From: Alphaproteobacteria bacterium
GTDB taxonomy: Bacteria > Pseudomonadota > Alphaproteobacteria > SHVV01
DNA: 64,000 nt
Direction: 5' to 3'
Assembly: GCA_965261735.1 (NCBI GenBank)
Contig: OZ253470.1
Coordinates: 2,464,001-2,528,000 of the forward strand
Shown piece after piece: positions 9,605 through 19,081 of the stretch. Position 1 is the first letter of the stretch. Every line of letters starts with the position of its first letter. A program made the translations under genes and the position numbers. The notes under the pieces were generated by a model. It made no database searches and had not been told where the DNA came from. It saw only the letters and a list, made by a program, of their open reading frames with translations.

Positions 9605-10330
9605 CTAGTAGTACTGCCAGACGTTGTACATGTTGTAGTACACCTCGGCGGTGTGCAGGACCGTGAAGCGGATGCGGTCCTGGGTATAGGCGGTCGTGGC
9701 CCAGCGCGCGAAGGCGTCGGGCCCGAGGCTGCCGTGCTCCTCCTCGACGTGCGAGGCGTGCACCGCGACCGACATCAGCGCCTCGTCGCTGATGTCGTAG
9801 TTCTTCTTCAGCCCCTCGTAGACGCGGCCGAGGACGAACGGGTTGAGCCGCTCGGCGGTGAACGAGAGCGCGGCGATCGACTCGACCACCGGGCGGCAGG
9901 TCACGACGACCTCGAACCAGTGGCGCAGCGCCCAGGTCTCCGGCTTGACCTCATCGGCGGCGCGGCGCGCCTCGTCCCAGCCGAGCTCGTCGAGGAAGCG
10001 CCAGTTGAGCTGTATGTGGCCACCCGTCTGCGAGTAGGTGCCCGACAGCTCCTCGACCATGTTCTCGAAGATACCCTCGCTCAGGTGGTCGTCCTGGCAG
10101 CGTGACCACATGATCCCGTAGAGCTTGTTCGTGGGGTGCGCCCACTGCGTGATCTGGTTGCGCCAGCCGGCGATCTGATCGATCGTCGCCTCGCCGCGCT
10201 CGACGGCGAGCACGAAGGGGTGCTCGGTGCGGTCGCGCCCGGGTTGGTGGATGGCCGCGTCGAGCTCCTTGACGAACGCTTCGGTACTCAGCACCTCGCC
10301 GGTCGTTCTGAACTGGGGCATCGGCAACAT
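9605..10330 (-). CDS. Heme-oxygenase-like fold protein (TenA/PqqC/CADD-like, iron-containing redox enzyme)
   Basis: HPFV near N-terminus, ENMVEELSG..GHIQL, AERLNP, VHASHVEEEHG. Confidence 0.7.
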   Translation of the reverse strand: MLPMPQFRTTGEVLSTEAFVKELDAAIHQPGRDRTEHPFVLAVERGEATIDQIAGWRNQITQWAHPTNKLYGIMWSRCQDDHLSEGIFENMVEELSGTYSQTGGHIQLNWRFLDELGWDEARRAADEVKPETWALRHWFEVVVTCRPVVESIAALSFTAERLNPFVLGRVYEGLKKNYDISDEALMSVAVHASHVEEEHGSLGPDAFARWATTAYTQDRIRFTVLHTAEVYYNMYNVWQYY

Positions 10331-10490
10331 GGTGGACTCCCTCGCTCACTCGCCCTCACGGGATTTTGTTCGCCATCTTACTGTGGCCCCCCGGGGTCGA
10401 ACAAGCCATCGGCCGGGGTCGCGGGTGCTTGGTGTTGGGGCCCCGAAGCGGTATGTAGGGGCAGACGCCCCTCAACCTTCGAGGTCAGCC

Positions 10491-11405
10491 ATGATCGCCT
10501 TCCCGACGCGCCGCATCGGCCACGCCAATTTCTATGTCAGCGAGCTCGTGCGGACGATGGATTTCTACATGAACGTGTGCGGCTTCGAGCAGACCGCGCG
10601 CGAGACCCACAACGGCGCCGGTTTCCTCTCGAACGGCAACACCAACCATGACCTCGGCGTCGCGGTCCGCGATCATCCGGTGGGGCTCAACCATTTCGGC
10701 TGGGAGATGGCGAGCGAGGCCGATCTGGTGGGCGCCTACAAGCGCGCCCTGAATCAAGGCGAGACCCTGCGCCACATCGACATGGGCACCGGGCGCTCGG
10801 TCTACGCCACCGACGACGACGGCTTGCTGCATCAGTTCTTTGCCAGCCAAATGCGCGATTGGCGCAAGGTCTTCACGGGCGGCGAGGTCGAGCTCCATGC
10901 CAATCCGCCGTGGGATCCGCTGGGCCAGCTGCCGAGCACCGAGGAGAAGTTCGATCTCAGCATCGACATCCGGCGCGTCGAATCGGCCCCGCTGCACCCG
11001 ATGCGCATCACCCATGCCGTGATGGTGGCGCCCGACCTCGACCGCTCGATCAGCTTCTACACCGACGTCGCCGGGCTCAGGGTGGTGGGGCGCCTCGACG
11101 ATGGCGCCGGAGCCTACCTCGCCGGCTCGGCCGCGCGCCACGACGTGGTGGTTCTGGCCGAGCGCGATTCGCTCACGCGGGGGCTGCATCACGCCGCCTT
11201 CGAAGTCTGGCCGGAGGACGATCTCGGCGCGGCGGCGAACGCGCTCGCGGGGCTCGGCGTGCCGGTCGCCCTCGAACTCGACCTGCCCTACAAGCGCAGC
11301 CTCTTCATCCACGACCCCGACGACATCCGCCTCGAGTTCTACCAGCACCGCGCGCCGCCGGCGCCGTCCGGCCTGCGCGGCGAGGCCCTGGCCGACGCGG
11401 CTTAG
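10491..11405 (+). CDS. Two-domain VOC protein, catechol 2,3-dioxygenase-like
   Basis: RRIGHANF, NHFGWE, RITHAV, LHHAAFEV, DPDDIRLEF. Confidence 0.8.
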   Translation: MIAFPTRRIGHANFYVSELVRTMDFYMNVCGFEQTARETHNGAGFLSNGNTNHDLGVAVRDHPVGLNHFGWEMASEADLVGAYKRALNQGETLRHIDMGTGRSVYATDDDGLLHQFFASQMRDWRKVFTGGEVELHANPPWDPLGQLPSTEEKFDLSIDIRRVESAPLHPMRITHAVMVAPDLDRSISFYTDVAGLRVVGRLDDGAGAYLAGSAARHDVVVLAERDSLTRGLHHAAFEVWPEDDLGAAANALAGLGVPVALELDLPYKRSLFIHDPDDIRLEFYQHRAPPAPSGLRGEALADAA

Positions 11406-11472
11406 TATGTCGTAAGCGCCGACGGCGGCGGCGCGAGCAGCACGAGGAACGGCGTTTCTTTGGGCCCAAGGG

Positions 11473-11558
11473 ATGAAGGTTTATGGAGATCTCGCATCGG
11501 GCAACTGTTTGAAGGTCAAGTACACGGCCGATTTCCTGGGTATTCCCTACGATTGGAT
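11473..11558 (+). pseudogene. 5' remnant of a glutathione S-transferase gene cut by IS1595
   Basis: Hand translation MKVYGDLASGNCLKVKYTADFLGIPYDW ends at the IS left end; not in the ORF track. Confidence 0.75.
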
Positions 11559-12663
11559 CTTGCCTATCCGGTTTACACCCACACCCACTAGGGCTAGAAT
11601 GGGCGCAACCCGGATATAGGGGAGCGCGCCATGGATGTTCTCGACCGCGTCGGTCTCCCATTCCCGCATTCGCTACCCGAGTTCCAGCGACTTTTCCCCG
11701 ATGATGCGGCCTGCGCCGCCTACCTGGAGAAAGCCCGCTGGGGAGACGGCTTTGCCTGCCCGCACTGCGGCACGGCGGGAGAGCCGTTCCACTTTGAAAA
11801 CCGCCCTGGCGTCCTGCGCTGCCGCAAGTGCCGCCAGAACACCGGGCTGACGGTGGGAACAGTGATGGAGCGTAGCCACACTCCGCTGAACGTCTGGTTC
11901 TGGGCCGCTTATCTGGTCGCCAGTCAGACGCCCGGCATGTCCGCCGTGCAGTTTCAGCGGTAACTTGGTCTTTCGCGCTACGAGACGGCCTTTCAAATTC
12001 TCCACAAGCTCCGCTCGGGCATGGTGCGGCCCAACCAAGACAGGATCGGTGGACAGCCCAAGAACCATGTTGAGGTGGACGAAACCTGGGTTGGCGGGCG
12101 AACGCGTGGGGAAGGCCGTGGTGTTCACCACAAGGTTCCCGTCTCCTGTGCCATCGAGGTGCGTCATCGAAAGCCGGGCACCAAGCTCGACAACCGGAAA
12201 GACGGACGCTATGCCGGACGCGTTCGGCTCGCCGTCGTGCTCGACCGTAGCGCCGAGTCGCTCTGTGGGTTCGTCGAGAGCACCGTCGCGCCGCGATCGC
12301 TGATCGTTACTGACGATTGGAGCGGCTATGCTGGCCTCGGTAAGCGCGGCTATGAGCACTTCGCTGTTGCCGAGTGTGGTGATCCAGAGGTTGCCGAGCA
12401 ATACCTGCCGATCATCCATCTGGTTTTCGCCAACCTGAAGACGTGGCTGATCGGTATCCACCACGGCGTTAGCCACCAGCACCTACAAGCCTACCTCAAC
12501 GAGTTCACCTTCCGCTTCAACAGGCGGTTCTACCCGTTCAACGCCTTCCGCTCATTGCTCGGCATCGCGGGCGACACCTCTGCTCCAACCTATGCCGAGC
12601 TTTACTCGGGAGAGTGGCGGCACCCTACATGTAGCGGTCATGGGCGTTAACCGGATAGGAAAG
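11559..12663 (+). mobile_element. IS1595-family element A, full-length copy
   Basis: Inverted ends CTTGCCTATCCGGTT / AACCGGATAGGAAAG; near-identical partial copies at 26739 and 34922; no target duplication. Confidence 0.88.
11631..12650 (+). pseudogene. IS1595-family transposase with a nonsense codon
   Basis: CPHCG/CRKC zinc ribbon, VEVDETWVGG, VTDDW, YLNEFTFRFNRR; in-frame TAA at 11961-11963 with both halves in the same frame. Confidence 0.88.
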
Positions 12664-12686
12664 CGTCCTTCATGCGTCGTGCGATT

Positions 12687-12971
12687 TCAGTGCCATAGGC
12701 CGACAGCAGCATCCGACCAGAAGCTCTCCAGATAGTGCCGCAGGTCGTCCAACCCATCGCGCTTGATGGAATACAGACGGCGATTACCCCGTGGCTCCAT
12801 ACCGACCAATCTCGCCGACTCGAGCACCCTGAGGTGTTGCGATACGGCGGGCCTGCTTACGGGCTCGCCTTCCGCCAACTCACCCACGGTCCTGGGCTGC
12901 TCGCGCAACGCCTCGAATATGTGCCGACGGGTTGGATCTGCTAGTGCCGTAAACGCTTCTGCGTAAGCCAT
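12687..12971 (-). CDS. ArsR/SmtB-family regulator, 3' end probably frameshifted
   Basis: ALADPTRR, SRPAVSQHLRVL; a shifted frame gives LSAYGTEIARRMKD running into the IS end. Confidence 0.8.
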   Translation of the reverse strand: MAYAEAFTALADPTRRHIFEALREQPRTVGELAEGEPVSRPAVSQHLRVLESARLVGMEPRGNRRLYSIKRDGLDDLRHYLESFWSDAAVGLWH

Positions 12972-13052
12972 GACTAACCGTAAGCTACGACTTACTCACC
13001 TGTCAAGCAGCGGCTGGCCGCCGAAGACAACGAGGTGGCTCTGAGACAAAAA

Positions 13053-13082
13053 CATTGACCGATCGATTTAAGTATCTATATT
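13053..13082 (+). promoter_or_regulatory. tetR promoter (TTGACC-N16-TATATT) overlapped by a putative operator
   Basis: TTGACCGATCGATTTA imperfect palindrome; ATG lies 6 nt after the -10 box, no RBS. Confidence 0.65.
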
Positions 13083-13088
13083 GGCTTC

Positions 13089-13682
13089 ATGGCGAGGGGA
13101 CCTGACAAGCAATTCGACCCTGAGATCGCCCTCGAGAGGGCGATGCAGCTCTTCTGGGCGAAGGGGTATGCCGCGACCAGCTTGAACGAGCTCCTGGCAA
13201 CGATGGAGATCGGCCGGAAGAGCCTGTACGACACGTTCGACAATAAGCGGGCGCTCTTCATCAGGGCGCTCTACCGCTACTCGCATACGATCGTGAGCGA
13301 GATCGATAGCGGGCTCAACAACACGGATAGACCAGCGCTGGAGAACGTGCGGGCGGTGATGCGCGACATCGCCGCAAAGAATTCCAAGCCGATGAGCCCG
13401 GGCTGCCTGCTCGGCGTCAGCATGGCGCAGTTCCGCACGGATGATGCGGAAATGGCTGGCGTTCTCCGCAAGCACATGCAGCGTGTCGAACGCGCTTACT
13501 ACAAAGCGTTCGCCAAGGCCCAAGCCGAGGGCGACCTGAAGCCGAGCACGAATGTGCGCAACCTCGCGCGGCTCTTCATGGGCGCCTACCAAGGGTTGGT
13601 CCTGATTGGGCGTGTGACCCAGACGCGGGACGTGCCGCACGGCATCGTGGACGGTGCGCTTGCCGTTCTCGAGGCGGCGTAG
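13089..13682 (+). CDS. TetR/AcrR-family regulator (NemR/ComR-like)
   Basis: ALERAMQLFWAKGYAATS..SLYDTFDNK, GCLL. Confidence 0.92.
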   Translation: MARGPDKQFDPEIALERAMQLFWAKGYAATSLNELLATMEIGRKSLYDTFDNKRALFIRALYRYSHTIVSEIDSGLNNTDRPALENVRAVMRDIAAKNSKPMSPGCLLGVSMAQFRTDDAEMAGVLRKHMQRVERAYYKAFAKAQAEGDLKPSTNVRNLARLFMGAYQGLVLIGRVTQTRDVPHGIVDGALAVLEAA

Positions 13683-13696
13683 TTTTTTTTGTCGAA

Positions 13697-13717
13697 ACAT
13701 AGATCGATCGGTCAATG
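13697..13717. promoter_or_regulatory. Second putative TetR operator, upstream of the CMD gene
   Basis: ACATAGATCGATCGGTCAATG is a 19/21 reverse-complement match to 13053-13073. Confidence 0.7.
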
Positions 13718-13757
13718 AAAGACCAAGTAAACGCTAACCCGAAGAAAGGAGCATCCC

Positions 13758-14324
13758 ATGACGACGTTCACCATCCATACCCTCGACTCCGCACCGGCCG
13801 AGAGCAAAGAGCAGCTCGAAAGCACCCAGCAGCGTGTCGGGCGTATCCCAAATCTCTACGGCGTGCTGGCCGAAGCCCCGATCGCCGTCGAAGCCTACGA
13901 CAAGCTCGCCAGCTCGTTGATGCGATCGAGCTTCACCCCGATCGAGCGCCACGTCGTGTGGTTCACGATTAACGCGTATCACGACTGCCACTACTGCATG
14001 GCGGCGCACACGTTTCTCGCCAAGGGCGAGAAGGTGCCCGAGGACGTGATCGAAACCGCCCGCGCGGTTGGCTCCTATGAGGACCCGACTCTGGAGGCCC
14101 TACGGGTCTTCACGCTGAACCTGGTCGAAAACCGCGGCTGGGTCTCGCCGGAGGCCCTCGACGCGTTCCTCGCCGCCGGATTCACGAAACAGAAGGTGCT
14201 CGAAATCGTCGTGGTCATCGCCCACAAGGTCCTCTCGAACTACACCAATCACATCGTGGACACCCCCGTGGACGATGCGTTTGCGCGGTTCACGTGGACC
14301 AAGCCCGTACCGAACGCCGCATAG
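13758..14324 (+). CDS. Carboxymuconolactone decarboxylase/AhpD-like protein
   Basis: GRIPNLYGVLAEAP, CHYCMAAH, KVLSNYTNH; AAGGAG RBS. Confidence 0.9.
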   Translation: MTTFTIHTLDSAPAESKEQLESTQQRVGRIPNLYGVLAEAPIAVEAYDKLASSLMRSSFTPIERHVVWFTINAYHDCHYCMAAHTFLAKGEKVPEDVIETARAVGSYEDPTLEALRVFTLNLVENRGWVSPEALDAFLAAGFTKQKVLEIVVVIAHKVLSNYTNHIVDTPVDDAFARFTWTKPVPNAA

Positions 14325-14402
14325 GCGCTATCACCTTTTTGTCGTTCCAGGCATGACGGGCAACCGACCGGCGGACAAACGGTCGGTGTGCTCACAGCTC
14401 TC

Positions 14403-15453
14403 GGCAAAAGCCTTCCTGCTTATCCCTGAAAGTCATCCGGCGATGAGGAGGCGATAGGGCATGGGCTGGTTTCGTGCGGCGCTATGGACGAAACGCGGGA
14501 TCATTGTCTGGAGTTGATAGCGCCGGTTGTAGCGCCAGGCGAAGCTGGCGAGATAGCGTCCGGCATGGTCGGGGCCGAGCTTGCGATAAGTCCCGGTGAT
14601 CGCGCTCTTGATGTTGCCGAGCGTCGTGTTCACCCATTTGAACGATGCCATGCGGGCCGCCTGGCGGCCCGACCCGGTGCGGATCGCCTGGTGGCTGCAG
14701 GCGGCTTCTTCGAGTGCGCTCCAGCAGCCCAGGCGGTCCGTCACAACCGCCGCGCCGGGGGCCAGCCAGTGCTTGGCGCCGCGCGCGATCTCGCGCTTGC
14801 GGAAGCCCTTGACCGGCGCCAGCTTCAGCTTGCGCGGGCGCCCCTCGGGACTGGTCGAGACCGCCGCCACGAAGGGCGTTTTGCCCGCCGCGCCGCGGCC
14901 CCGCTTGCCGCCGGAGCGCACCCCGCCGAGATAGGCGTCGTCCATCTCGACCCGCCCCGTAAGCGCCGTCTCCCCCTCGCGCCGCGCCATCACCGCCATG
15001 ATCTTGTGCTTCACGGCCCAGGCCGTCGGCTGCTTGACCCCGAGACGGCGGCCGAGTTCCACCGACGAGATGCCGTTCTTCGCCGTCACGATCAGGTGGA
15101 TGGCGGCAAACCAGACTGTCAGCGGCAGCTTGGTCGCGTGGAAGATCGTGCCCGCCGTGGGCGATGTCTGCTTCTTGCACCGGTTGCATTGATAGAGACC
15201 CCGACCCGCCAACACGCAATGCTCCCGATGGCCGCAGCAGGGGCAGACGAAGCCGCCCGGCCAGCGCAGCCGGACCAGCGCCGCGCGGCACTGCTCCTTG
15301 GTGCCGAAGGCCTCCCGAAACGCCTCGTCGTTCAGACCACGCACGCGCGATGCAACCTTGAACCCCATAACCGTGACCCCCTCATACAGAACATATTGAG
15401 AACATACATCCCCATAGGCGGAGTGTCGCGGATAAGCAGGAAAGCCTTTTGCC
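14403..15453 (-). mobile_element. IS1595-family element B
   Basis: Inverted ends GGCAAAAGCCTTCCTGCTTATCC / GGATAAGCAGGAAAGCCTTTTGCC; no clear target duplication. Confidence 0.85.
14433..15368 (-). CDS. IS1595-family transposase
   Basis: RWPGGFVCPCCG, TAGTIFHATKLPL, VEMDDAYLGG, KRGRGAAGKTPFVAAV, FAWRYNRR. Confidence 0.93.
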   Translation of the reverse strand: MGFKVASRVRGLNDEAFREAFGTKEQCRAALVRLRWPGGFVCPCCGHREHCVLAGRGLYQCNRCKKQTSPTAGTIFHATKLPLTVWFAAIHLIVTAKNGISSVELGRRLGVKQPTAWAVKHKIMAVMARREGETALTGRVEMDDAYLGGVRSGGKRGRGAAGKTPFVAAVSTSPEGRPRKLKLAPVKGFRKREIARGAKHWLAPGAAVVTDRLGCWSALEEAACSHQAIRTGSGRQAARMASFKWVNTTLGNIKSAITGTYRKLGPDHAGRYLASFAWRYNRRYQLQTMIPRFVHSAARNQPMPYRLLIAG

Positions 15454-15497
15454 CTCGGTTCACCCGCCCCCACCGAGGGTTGGGGTGGGCGAAGCGC

Positions 15498-15953
15498 TCA
15501 GGCGCGCGGCTTCTGGATGAGCTCGATGGCGAGGCCGTCGGCGTTGCGTAAGTAGACGATGCGGCCACCCTTGTTGGGGCCGGCGTCGGTGATGGCGACG
15601 GTCCCGAGCGGTGCGAAGCCGGCGTTCGCCGATGCGGCGATCGCGGCGTCGATGTCGTCGACGTCGAAGGCGATGTGGGTGGCCCCGGTATCGCACGGGC
15701 GGGCCGCGATCCGGCTACGGTCGGCGGGCGCCGCGTACTCGATGAGCTCGATCCGGTGGCCGGGCGCATCGACGAAGGCGACCGTGATCTCGGCGCCTTC
15801 GATTCCCGTCACGTCGCGCACCACGTTGGGCCCGCGCGGCAGCTTGGGCGTTGCCGCAAAGCCGAGGACGTCGCGGAAGTAGGCGAGCGTCGCGTCGAGG
15901 TCGGAGACGGTGAAGCTCGTGTGATTGGTGCCCAGAATCTTGAAATCGCTCAT
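15498..15953 (-). CDS. VOC family protein (lactoylglutathione lyase/methylmalonyl-CoA epimerase-like)
   Basis: NHTSFTVSDLD, IELIEY, HIAFDVDDID, DGLAIELIQ. Confidence 0.88.
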   Translation of the reverse strand: MSDFKILGTNHTSFTVSDLDATLAYFRDVLGFAATPKLPRGPNVVRDVTGIEGAEITVAFVDAPGHRIELIEYAAPADRSRIAARPCDTGATHIAFDVDDIDAAIAASANAGFAPLGTVAITDAGPNKGGRIVYLRNADGLAIELIQKPRA

Positions 15954-16040
15954 CGCTCGCCCTCCGGCTTGCCTGGCGCGGGGTTTGCCGCCATCATCGC
16001 GCGGCCAGATCACATCAGGGATAGTTGCGGAGGTAAAGTC

Positions 16041-16844
16041 ATGAGCGAAGCCGCGAGCGCCACCCGCAAGCCTTCGGGCTATGCCGCCCACCCAGGCTAC
16101 CGCATCGACTTCGAGCCCAGCCCGCGCCGCGTGCGCGTCCTGTTCGCCGGCGAGACGATCGTCGATGCGCGCCAGCCCATGCTGTTGCACGAGAGCCACC
16201 ACATACCGGTCTACTACTTCAACCAGGCCGACATGCGCATGGATCTGCTAAGCCCGACGTCCCACACGACGCACTGCACGTTCAAGGGCGACGCCGCCTA
16301 CTGGACGCTCCGGGTCGGCGCCAAGGTCGCCGAGAACGCGGTGTGGGGCTATCCCGATCCCTATGACGAGGTGGCCGAGATCAAGGATCACGTGGCGCTG
16401 TACTGGGACCAGATGGATGCCTGGTACGAGGAGGACGAGGAGGTCTTCGTGCACGTGCGCGATCCCTACAAGCGCATCGACGTGATCGACTCCTCGCGCC
16501 CCGTCGCCGTCGTGCTCGGCGGCGAGACGGTGGCCGAGACGCGGCGCGCCCGCTTCCTGTTCGAGACCGGCCTGCCGACTCGCTACTACATTCCGCGCAA
16601 GGACGTGCGCACCGAGTTGCTCGAGGCGAGCACCAACCAGACGCGCTGCCCCTACAAGGGAATCGCCTCCTACCACAACGTTCGCGTCGGCGATTCGCTC
16701 TACGAGGATATCGTGTGGACCTACCCCGACCCGATCCCCGAGTGCCCAAAGATCAAGGACTACCTGTGCTTTTTCACCGAGAAGGTCGACGCCATTCTGG
16801 TCGAGGGCGAGCCGGTGCCCAACGTCAAAACGCCGTGGTCGTAG
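16041..16844 (+). CDS. Tandem DUF427-domain protein
   Basis: Two repeats: THCTFKGDAAYW and TRCPYKGIASY; RDPYKRID linker. Confidence 0.9.
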   Translation: MSEAASATRKPSGYAAHPGYRIDFEPSPRRVRVLFAGETIVDARQPMLLHESHHIPVYYFNQADMRMDLLSPTSHTTHCTFKGDAAYWTLRVGAKVAENAVWGYPDPYDEVAEIKDHVALYWDQMDAWYEEDEEVFVHVRDPYKRIDVIDSSRPVAVVLGGETVAETRRARFLFETGLPTRYYIPRKDVRTELLEASTNQTRCPYKGIASYHNVRVGDSLYEDIVWTYPDPIPECPKIKDYLCFFTEKVDAILVEGEPVPNVKTPWS

Positions 16845-16848
16845 CGAC

Positions 16849-17754
16849 TCAGGGCGCAGGGGCGGTAGGCGCCCGCGCCTCGCGGCTCGCGAGGTAGGTC
16901 GCGCCGGCGACGATCATCGCACCGCCGACCCACGTCCAGGGATCGGGCGTCTCGGCGAAGGCGATGTAGGCGACGAGGGTCGCCCACAGCAGCTGGGTGT
17001 ATTCGATCGGCATCAGCGCCGACACCTCGTCGGCTATCCGTACCGCCTGCGTCATCGCCAGATGCGACACGCTGCCGAGGCCGCCGAGGACCGCGAGCCA
17101 CATCCACTGCGCGAGCGTCGGCGTTTGCCACACGACGAGCGTGGGCGCGAGCGACATCAGGGTGAGGAGGAGCGAGAAGTAGGCGACGATCGTGACGCTC
17201 GAATCGGTCCGCCCTAGAACGCGCACGATTAGCTTGGTCACCGCGAACAGCGCCGCGGCCGCGAGTACGTACAGCATGCCGAAATCGAAGGCCTCGAACC
17301 CCGGCCTCGCGATGAGGACGACGCCGAGGAAACCGACGGCGATGCCGCCCCAGCGCCACAGCCGGCTCGATTCGCCGAACACGAGGATCGCGCCGATGGT
17401 GACGAAGAGGGGCTGCGAGAAGTTGAGCGCGGTCGTATCGGCCAGCGGAATGCGGCGCAGGCCGTAGATCAGCGACATCAACGCGACGAGCTGGATGACG
17501 GCCCGCAGTACGTGGAGCCCGTGCTGGTGGCTGCGCACCTGATGCCATTTCAGGCTCAAGAGCCAGGGCATCAGGACCGCGAAGCCGATGGCATAGCGAA
17601 AGAACGCGATCTCGATGGCCGGGAGGTCGCCGATGAGGCGCACCGCGCTGTTCATGCCGACGACGCAGGGCGCGGCACATGCGATCCACAGGATGCCGCG
17701 CACGTTCGCCCGCTTTGGGGCGAGCGCCGCGGCCGCGCCGAACAGGCCAGCCAT
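16849..17754 (-). CDS. DMT/EamA-family transporter
   Basis: About ten hydrophobic segments; IPLADTTALNFSQPLF, PIEYTQLLWA. Confidence 0.9.
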   Translation of the reverse strand: MAGLFGAAAALAPKRANVRGILWIACAAPCVVGMNSAVRLIGDLPAIEIAFFRYAIGFAVLMPWLLSLKWHQVRSHQHGLHVLRAVIQLVALMSLIYGLRRIPLADTTALNFSQPLFVTIGAILVFGESSRLWRWGGIAVGFLGVVLIARPGFEAFDFGMLYVLAAAALFAVTKLIVRVLGRTDSSVTIVAYFSLLLTLMSLAPTLVVWQTPTLAQWMWLAVLGGLGSVSHLAMTQAVRIADEVSALMPIEYTQLLWATLVAYIAFAETPDPWTWVGGAMIVAGATYLASREARAPTAPAP

Positions 17755-17803
17755 CAGGAGCCGTCAGAAGCGGGCGCGCTGGCGGGCGCTTGCGGCACCG
17801 CGC

Positions 17804-19009
17804 TCAGATCACGCCATCGCGTTCGAGTTCGTCGAGCTCGTCGTCCGATAGCCCGAGCAGGCCGGTGTAGACCTCGCGATTGGCGTTGCCGAGCTCGGGC
17901 CCGAGCGCCTCGATCCGCCCCGGCGTTTCCGACAAGCGCGGCATCACCGAGGGCACGACGATGGGACCCAGGCCCGGCACCTCGACGCTGGCGAGGTTGC
18001 CGCGCGCCGCGAACTGGGGATCCTCGAAAATGTCGGCGATGGTGTTGAGCGGCCCGCACGGCACCTCGCCGGCGATGCACCGGTCCATCACCTCGTCGCG
18101 GCTCAGCGTCGCCGTCCACTCCTCGACGATGGCCTCGACCGTCTCGCGCGCCTCCACACGCTTGCCGACCTCGCCGTACGCGTCCGGCGCCGCGAGGTCG
18201 GGCCGGCCCATGACCTCGGCCAAGCGGGCGAACATCTTGTCCGAGGTGCAGGCGATCGACACCCATTGATCGTCCGCCGTGCGGTAGTTGCTGTGCGGGC
18301 ACACGTTGGAGGAGCCGCGGCCGAGCCGGCCGCGCACCTTGCCCGTGTAGGCGTAGGCCGGCGCGATCTCGTCGAGCACCCGGAACGCGGCCTCGTAGAG
18401 ACCGATATCGATGGATTGGCCGCGGCCGGTCGCGGCGCGCGCGCGCAGCGCGATCATGACGCCGACCGTGCCGTAGAGCCCGGAGATATAGTCCGCGAGC
18501 GAGGTCGAGCCCGGCGTCACCGGCACGTCGCCCGGCATGCCGGCGAGGTGGGCGATACCGCCGACAGCGTGGGCGATTCGGGCAAAGCCGGGCCGGTCAC
18601 GGTAGGGGCCGTCCTGGCCGTAGCCGGTGACTCGCAACATGACGAGGCCCGGGTTGAGCTCTGCCAGGTCGTCGTAGCCGAGGCCCCATTTCTCGAGTGT
18701 GCCGGGACGGAAGTTCTCGCACACGACGTCCGACTCGGCGGCCAGGCGGCGGAAGAGCTCGGCGCCCTTGGGTTTCTGGAGGTCGAGCGTGATCGACTTC
18801 TTGTTGCGCGATTCGCTGAGCCAGGCCAGGGTGTCGCCGCGCGGCGTGGGCGTGCCGAAGCGCCGCATGGCGTCGCCGCCGCCCGGTTTTTCGACCTTGA
18901 TCACGTCGGCGCCGAATTCCGCCAGCATCGTCGCGCAGTAGGGCGCGGCGATGAAGGTCGCGCAATCGAGCACGCGCAGGTCCGAGAGCGGTAAGTCGGG
19001 TGCCGCCAT
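17804..19009 (-). CDS. Class III CoA-transferase (CaiB/BaiF)
   Basis: AEFGADVIKVE, RNKKSITLDL, ENFRPGTLEKWGLG, TGYGQDGPY. Confidence 0.93.
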   Translation of the reverse strand: MAAPDLPLSDLRVLDCATFIAAPYCATMLAEFGADVIKVEKPGGGDAMRRFGTPTPRGDTLAWLSESRNKKSITLDLQKPKGAELFRRLAAESDVVCENFRPGTLEKWGLGYDDLAELNPGLVMLRVTGYGQDGPYRDRPGFARIAHAVGGIAHLAGMPGDVPVTPGSTSLADYISGLYGTVGVMIALRARAATGRGQSIDIGLYEAAFRVLDEIAPAYAYTGKVRGRLGRGSSNVCPHSNYRTADDQWVSIACTSDKMFARLAEVMGRPDLAAPDAYGEVGKRVEARETVEAIVEEWTATLSRDEVMDRCIAGEVPCGPLNTIADIFEDPQFAARGNLASVEVPGLGPIVVPSVMPRLSETPGRIEALGPELGNANREVYTGLLGLSDDELDELERDGVI

Positions 19010-19081
19010 GTCTCTCCTTCCGGTGCCGAGGGCACGGCGCCCGCGCGGTGGTGGTGCGGCGGACGAGGGCGGTGATGGGCC

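Noticed and set aside
13053-13717. Inverted repeats flanking tetR as an invertible switch or IS ends
   Set aside because: Each is itself palindromic and sits at a promoter position; no invertase nearby; operators are the simpler explanation.
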